This document shows, piece after piece, positions 61,194 to 64,000 of a stretch of 64,000 nt of DNA. Positions within the stretch are counted from its first letter, which is position 1. The number at the start of each line of letters is the position of its first letter. Position numbers and translations under genes: made by a program. The notes below the pieces were generated by a model. That model did no database searches. It saw nothing but the letters and a program-made list of their open reading frames with translations, and had not been told where the DNA came from. Source of the DNA: Balanoglossus misakiensis (taxonomy: Eukaryota; Animalia; Hemichordata); assembly GCA_040954595.2 (NCBI GenBank), contig JBECUI020000040.1, positions 1 through 64,000 on the forward strand, written 5' to 3'.

Positions 61194-62534
61194 ATGAAAA
61201 ACCGCCATTTCTTATCTTTCGAACGCCTGATACTCTATTCTTACTTCTTGGGACTCATTTTTTTGGGCACCCTGCTCTTGGCCCTACCTGCCTCCTGGGG
61301 AGGGGAAAAGGAGGAGCTAAAGTTTATAGATGCCTTTTTTATCGCCGTTTCGGCTGTCTGCGTCACGGGCTTGGTCTCTGTAGATACCTCGTCCTGGTCT
61401 TCCCTGGGGCAAATCGTTATTCTTGTTCTTATTCAGGCTGGAGGGCTGGGAATAGTAACTTTCAGTGTGCTCTATGTGATTCTTCCCAGAATGCGGGTTT
61501 CTTTAAGGAATTCAAAATTGATTCGCGAGTCCTTTACTCCAACCTTGGAAGTCAATCCAAAAACCATTATCCGCTCCATTCTGACCACAACTCTGCTAAT
61601 GGAAGGCATTGGAGCTGCGATTCTTGCCTGGGGCTTTGCCCGAACAGGGAGCAGCCGCCCCATAGTCAACGGAATATTCCATGCCGTTTCCGCCTTTTCC
61701 AACGCTGGCTTTTCTCGGTTTGATGACAGTTTTGTTTCTTATAGAGACAACGTTCTTGTGAATGTGACTCTTATGGTGCTGATTGTTGCAGGCGGTCTTG
61801 GGTTTATTGTCATTCGAGATATCCGCAGAAAAATTTTTGACTTTCGACGCCCTCTACTCTTACAAACCCGCCTGATGCTTCTGGCCCTGCCCCTCCTGAT
61901 TCTGGGAGGAGGCCTGGTTTACTTTATTTTTGAATCATCGGCGGCCTTTGCCGACATGCCCCTGGGACAAGGCATCCTTGCCGCCTTATTCCAATCTGTT
62001 ACCACCAGAACCGCTGGCTTTAATACCGTTGATCAGGCAAGTTTTTCCACAGCCTCCCGGTTCCTCACGATTCTGTTCATGCTGATTGGAGGCGGTTCAG
62101 GTTCTACCGCAGGAGGGCTCAAAGTATCCACAGTTTGTGTACTTCTTCTGGTGCTTTTTAAGGGCCTTAACAATAGGCGGGAAATTCATGTCCTGCATCG
62201 CCGTCTGGTTGCCCAGGACATTCACCGAGCCCTGCTTTTCTTCATGCGGGCAATGTTGATTCTGGGTCTCAGTGTTTTTGCCCTGATAATTCTGGAGCCT
62301 CCAGAGCTAACAGGCTTTTCTTTTATGGAACTTTTTTTTGAATCCGTTTCCGCCCTGGGAACTGTGGGGCTTTCTCTAGGAATTACAGCACAGCTTTCCG
62401 TGATGGGAAAGATTGTTCTAGCCGCCACCATGTTCAGCGGTCGGGTGGGGCTTTTTTCCCTAGCTATAAGCGTCTGGCAAGACAGGACGGAAAGATTGAT
62501 TGAATACTCCCGAGGGGAGGTACTTATTGGATGA
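61194..62534 (+). CDS. Trk/Ktr potassium uptake membrane subunit (TrkH/KtrB family)
   Basis: SAVCVTGL, SAFSNAGF, TRTAGF and SALGTVGLS pore loops. Confidence 0.93.
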   Translation: MKNRHFLSFERLILYSYFLGLIFLGTLLLALPASWGGEKEELKFIDAFFIAVSAVCVTGLVSVDTSSWSSLGQIVILVLIQAGGLGIVTFSVLYVILPRMRVSLRNSKLIRESFTPTLEVNPKTIIRSILTTTLLMEGIGAAILAWGFARTGSSRPIVNGIFHAVSAFSNAGFSRFDDSFVSYRDNVLVNVTLMVLIVAGGLGFIVIRDIRRKIFDFRRPLLLQTRLMLLALPLLILGGGLVYFIFESSAAFADMPLGQGILAALFQSVTTRTAGFNTVDQASFSTASRFLTILFMLIGGGSGSTAGGLKVSTVCVLLLVLFKGLNNRREIHVLHRRLVAQDIHRALLFFMRAMLILGLSVFALIILEPPELTGFSFMELFFESVSALGTVGLSLGITAQLSVMGKIVLAATMFSGRVGLFSLAISVWQDRTERLIEYSRGEVLIG

Positions 62535-63268
62535 AACAGTATGCCATTATTGGTGCTAGTACTTTTGGTAAGAGAATTCTTGAGGAACTGATTATTCTGG
62601 ATTGCGAGATTATTTTAATCGATAAAGATCAGGAACTCATCGATTTTTATAAAAACGAGGTCACTGCTGCCTATATAGCCAACGTGCTTAACGAGGACAC
62701 CATCAATAAACTTATTCCACCGGATATCGATGCAGCGGTGGTGGATTTGGGAACCCAGATAGAAGCTTCCATTTTGGTAACTCGATACCTCCAGGATTTA
62801 GGAATCAAGAGCATCATTGTCAAGGCAGAAACAGACCAACACGGAAAAATCCTGGAGATGGTGGGGGCAACCTTTGTGGTTTTCCCCAATTTAGAGGCTG
62901 CCAAGAGGGTAACTCCCCTGCTGGTTTCCGACCTACTCCTTAATTATCTGCCCATAAGTGGAGGGTTGATTATTGCTGAAACGGGTGTCCCTCCCCGATA
63001 CATAGGCAAAAATCTCGTCGAATCCCAGCTAAGGCAGTTGCAAAAAATCAACTTGGTGGCCATACGACAAGGCGGTTCTGGGGATTACACGTACTCTTCC
63101 CCGACCTATCGTCTGAAAAAAGAAGATATTCTTCTTATTGCTGGCAAGGAAAAGGATGTTTTTGTCTTTGCAGGAAAGGATATCCAAGAACGCTCCAAGG
63201 GGCTAGGAGATATTTTCCGGAAGCTTCTGACTGTTCCGGGCAGAATAAAAGATAAAGAGCAACAATGA
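62531..63268 (+). CDS. Trk/Ktr potassium uptake RCK subunit (TrkA/KtrA family)
   Basis: YAIIGASTFG RCK-N domain plus a TrkA-C domain; overlaps the upstream stop. Confidence 0.9.
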   Translation: MKQYAIIGASTFGKRILEELIILDCEIILIDKDQELIDFYKNEVTAAYIANVLNEDTINKLIPPDIDAAVVDLGTQIEASILVTRYLQDLGIKSIIVKAETDQHGKILEMVGATFVVFPNLEAAKRVTPLLVSDLLLNYLPISGGLIIAETGVPPRYIGKNLVESQLRQLQKINLVAIRQGGSGDYTYSSPTYRLKKEDILLIAGKEKDVFVFAGKDIQERSKGLGDIFRKLLTVPGRIKDKEQQ

Positions 63269-64000
63269 TGAGAAAGAGTCGTTATGAGCTAAAGAAGTGT
63301 CTGATTTAACTTATGAGTCGAGAAATGACACTTAACCCTCTGCGATGCTGAGTACCTGGGATTACAGGGAAGCAAAGAGGGCCCTCGCAAAACTTACTTA
63401 AGGGCCTAAGTAAAAAAATCAGGTAAGGAATTCTGCATTTTTTTCTTATTTATCCATAGTTCCTGTTGTTATTTTTTACTCACTATTATTTTTGTTATGT
63501 TTGTTCAGACAAATACATTTCAGGGAAGCTATTTTTTAGATCATTGCCTCACAAGAACCTGCTGTACTCCAAAGTTATTGACATTCGATTCGATAAGGCT
63601 GCCCATGGCCTTAAGGCCGTCTTTTCCAGAACCAGGAAGTGTCCTCCCAAGAGAGAATTCCAGAAGAAAAGTTTATTAAAATCGGAAAGATTGCTGTTGA
63701 CAAGAATGCATTGCCAGAGATAATACTTTCCTAGAATAAACATAATAAAACGTGTATCAATGAAGTACGGTCTCAATATTCTTAATGTTCCTGCGGATTT
63801 ACAGCAAGTTAAGCGAACCATTATAGTTATTGAGGTTATTATCAAAATAAGAAAAACTACAAAACCGTGTGGTTAAAGTACTCAAGGCAAACTTCTGAAA
63901 TCCATAACGTATGAGGAGTGTACAATGGTCAAACATAAACTTTCAGAGTACCAAAATGGCATGAATCTCCTTGTTTCCGAAGCTTCGGAGAGTGATAGGT

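Noticed and set aside
63400-64000. AT-rich terminal segment with short overlapping ORFs
   Set aside because: It may be a frameshifted plus-strand gene running off the window, but no recognisable motif supports a call.

Overview
Bacterial DNA, most likely from a spirochaete (inferred from the TatT/TatP/TatQM transporter, the E-C-A-B-D-I-K V-ATPase order and the spirochaete-type lipoboxes). Bases 1-24400 hold a head-to-tail minus-strand array of 11 paralogous surface lipoprotein genes: signal peptide and lipobox, Ig-like stalk repeats, then a BspA/TpLRR leucine-rich-repeat tip. The stalks are almost identical, while the LRR tips look like shuffled mosaics of short variable motifs. The genes use one of two promoter plus signal-peptide cassettes. 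The most striking signal is in cassette B (5 copies): a TTGACA-17-TAAACT promoter precedes a leader ORF containing a variable (TCAC)n tract. Two of its three frames stop right after the tract. The third (n mod 3 = 1) runs 52 more codons through a hairpin covering the lipoprotein's ribosome-binding site and ends in an ATGA overlap with the lipoprotein start. This suggests a per-gene phase-variable translational-coupling switch; all five copies (n = 17, 29, 14, 27, 17) are predicted OFF as assembled. The rest of the window is mostly housekeeping: GNAT, cobT, YCII, MDR oxidoreductase, ribokinase, TRAP-T transporter, mutY, RluA, UbiB-like kinase/phasin, recCBD, LysM transglycosylase, V-ATPase and KtrAB. 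Many frameshifts at about 36-56 kb and in two array genes look like long-read homopolymer errors, so exact repeat counts need read-level confirmation.
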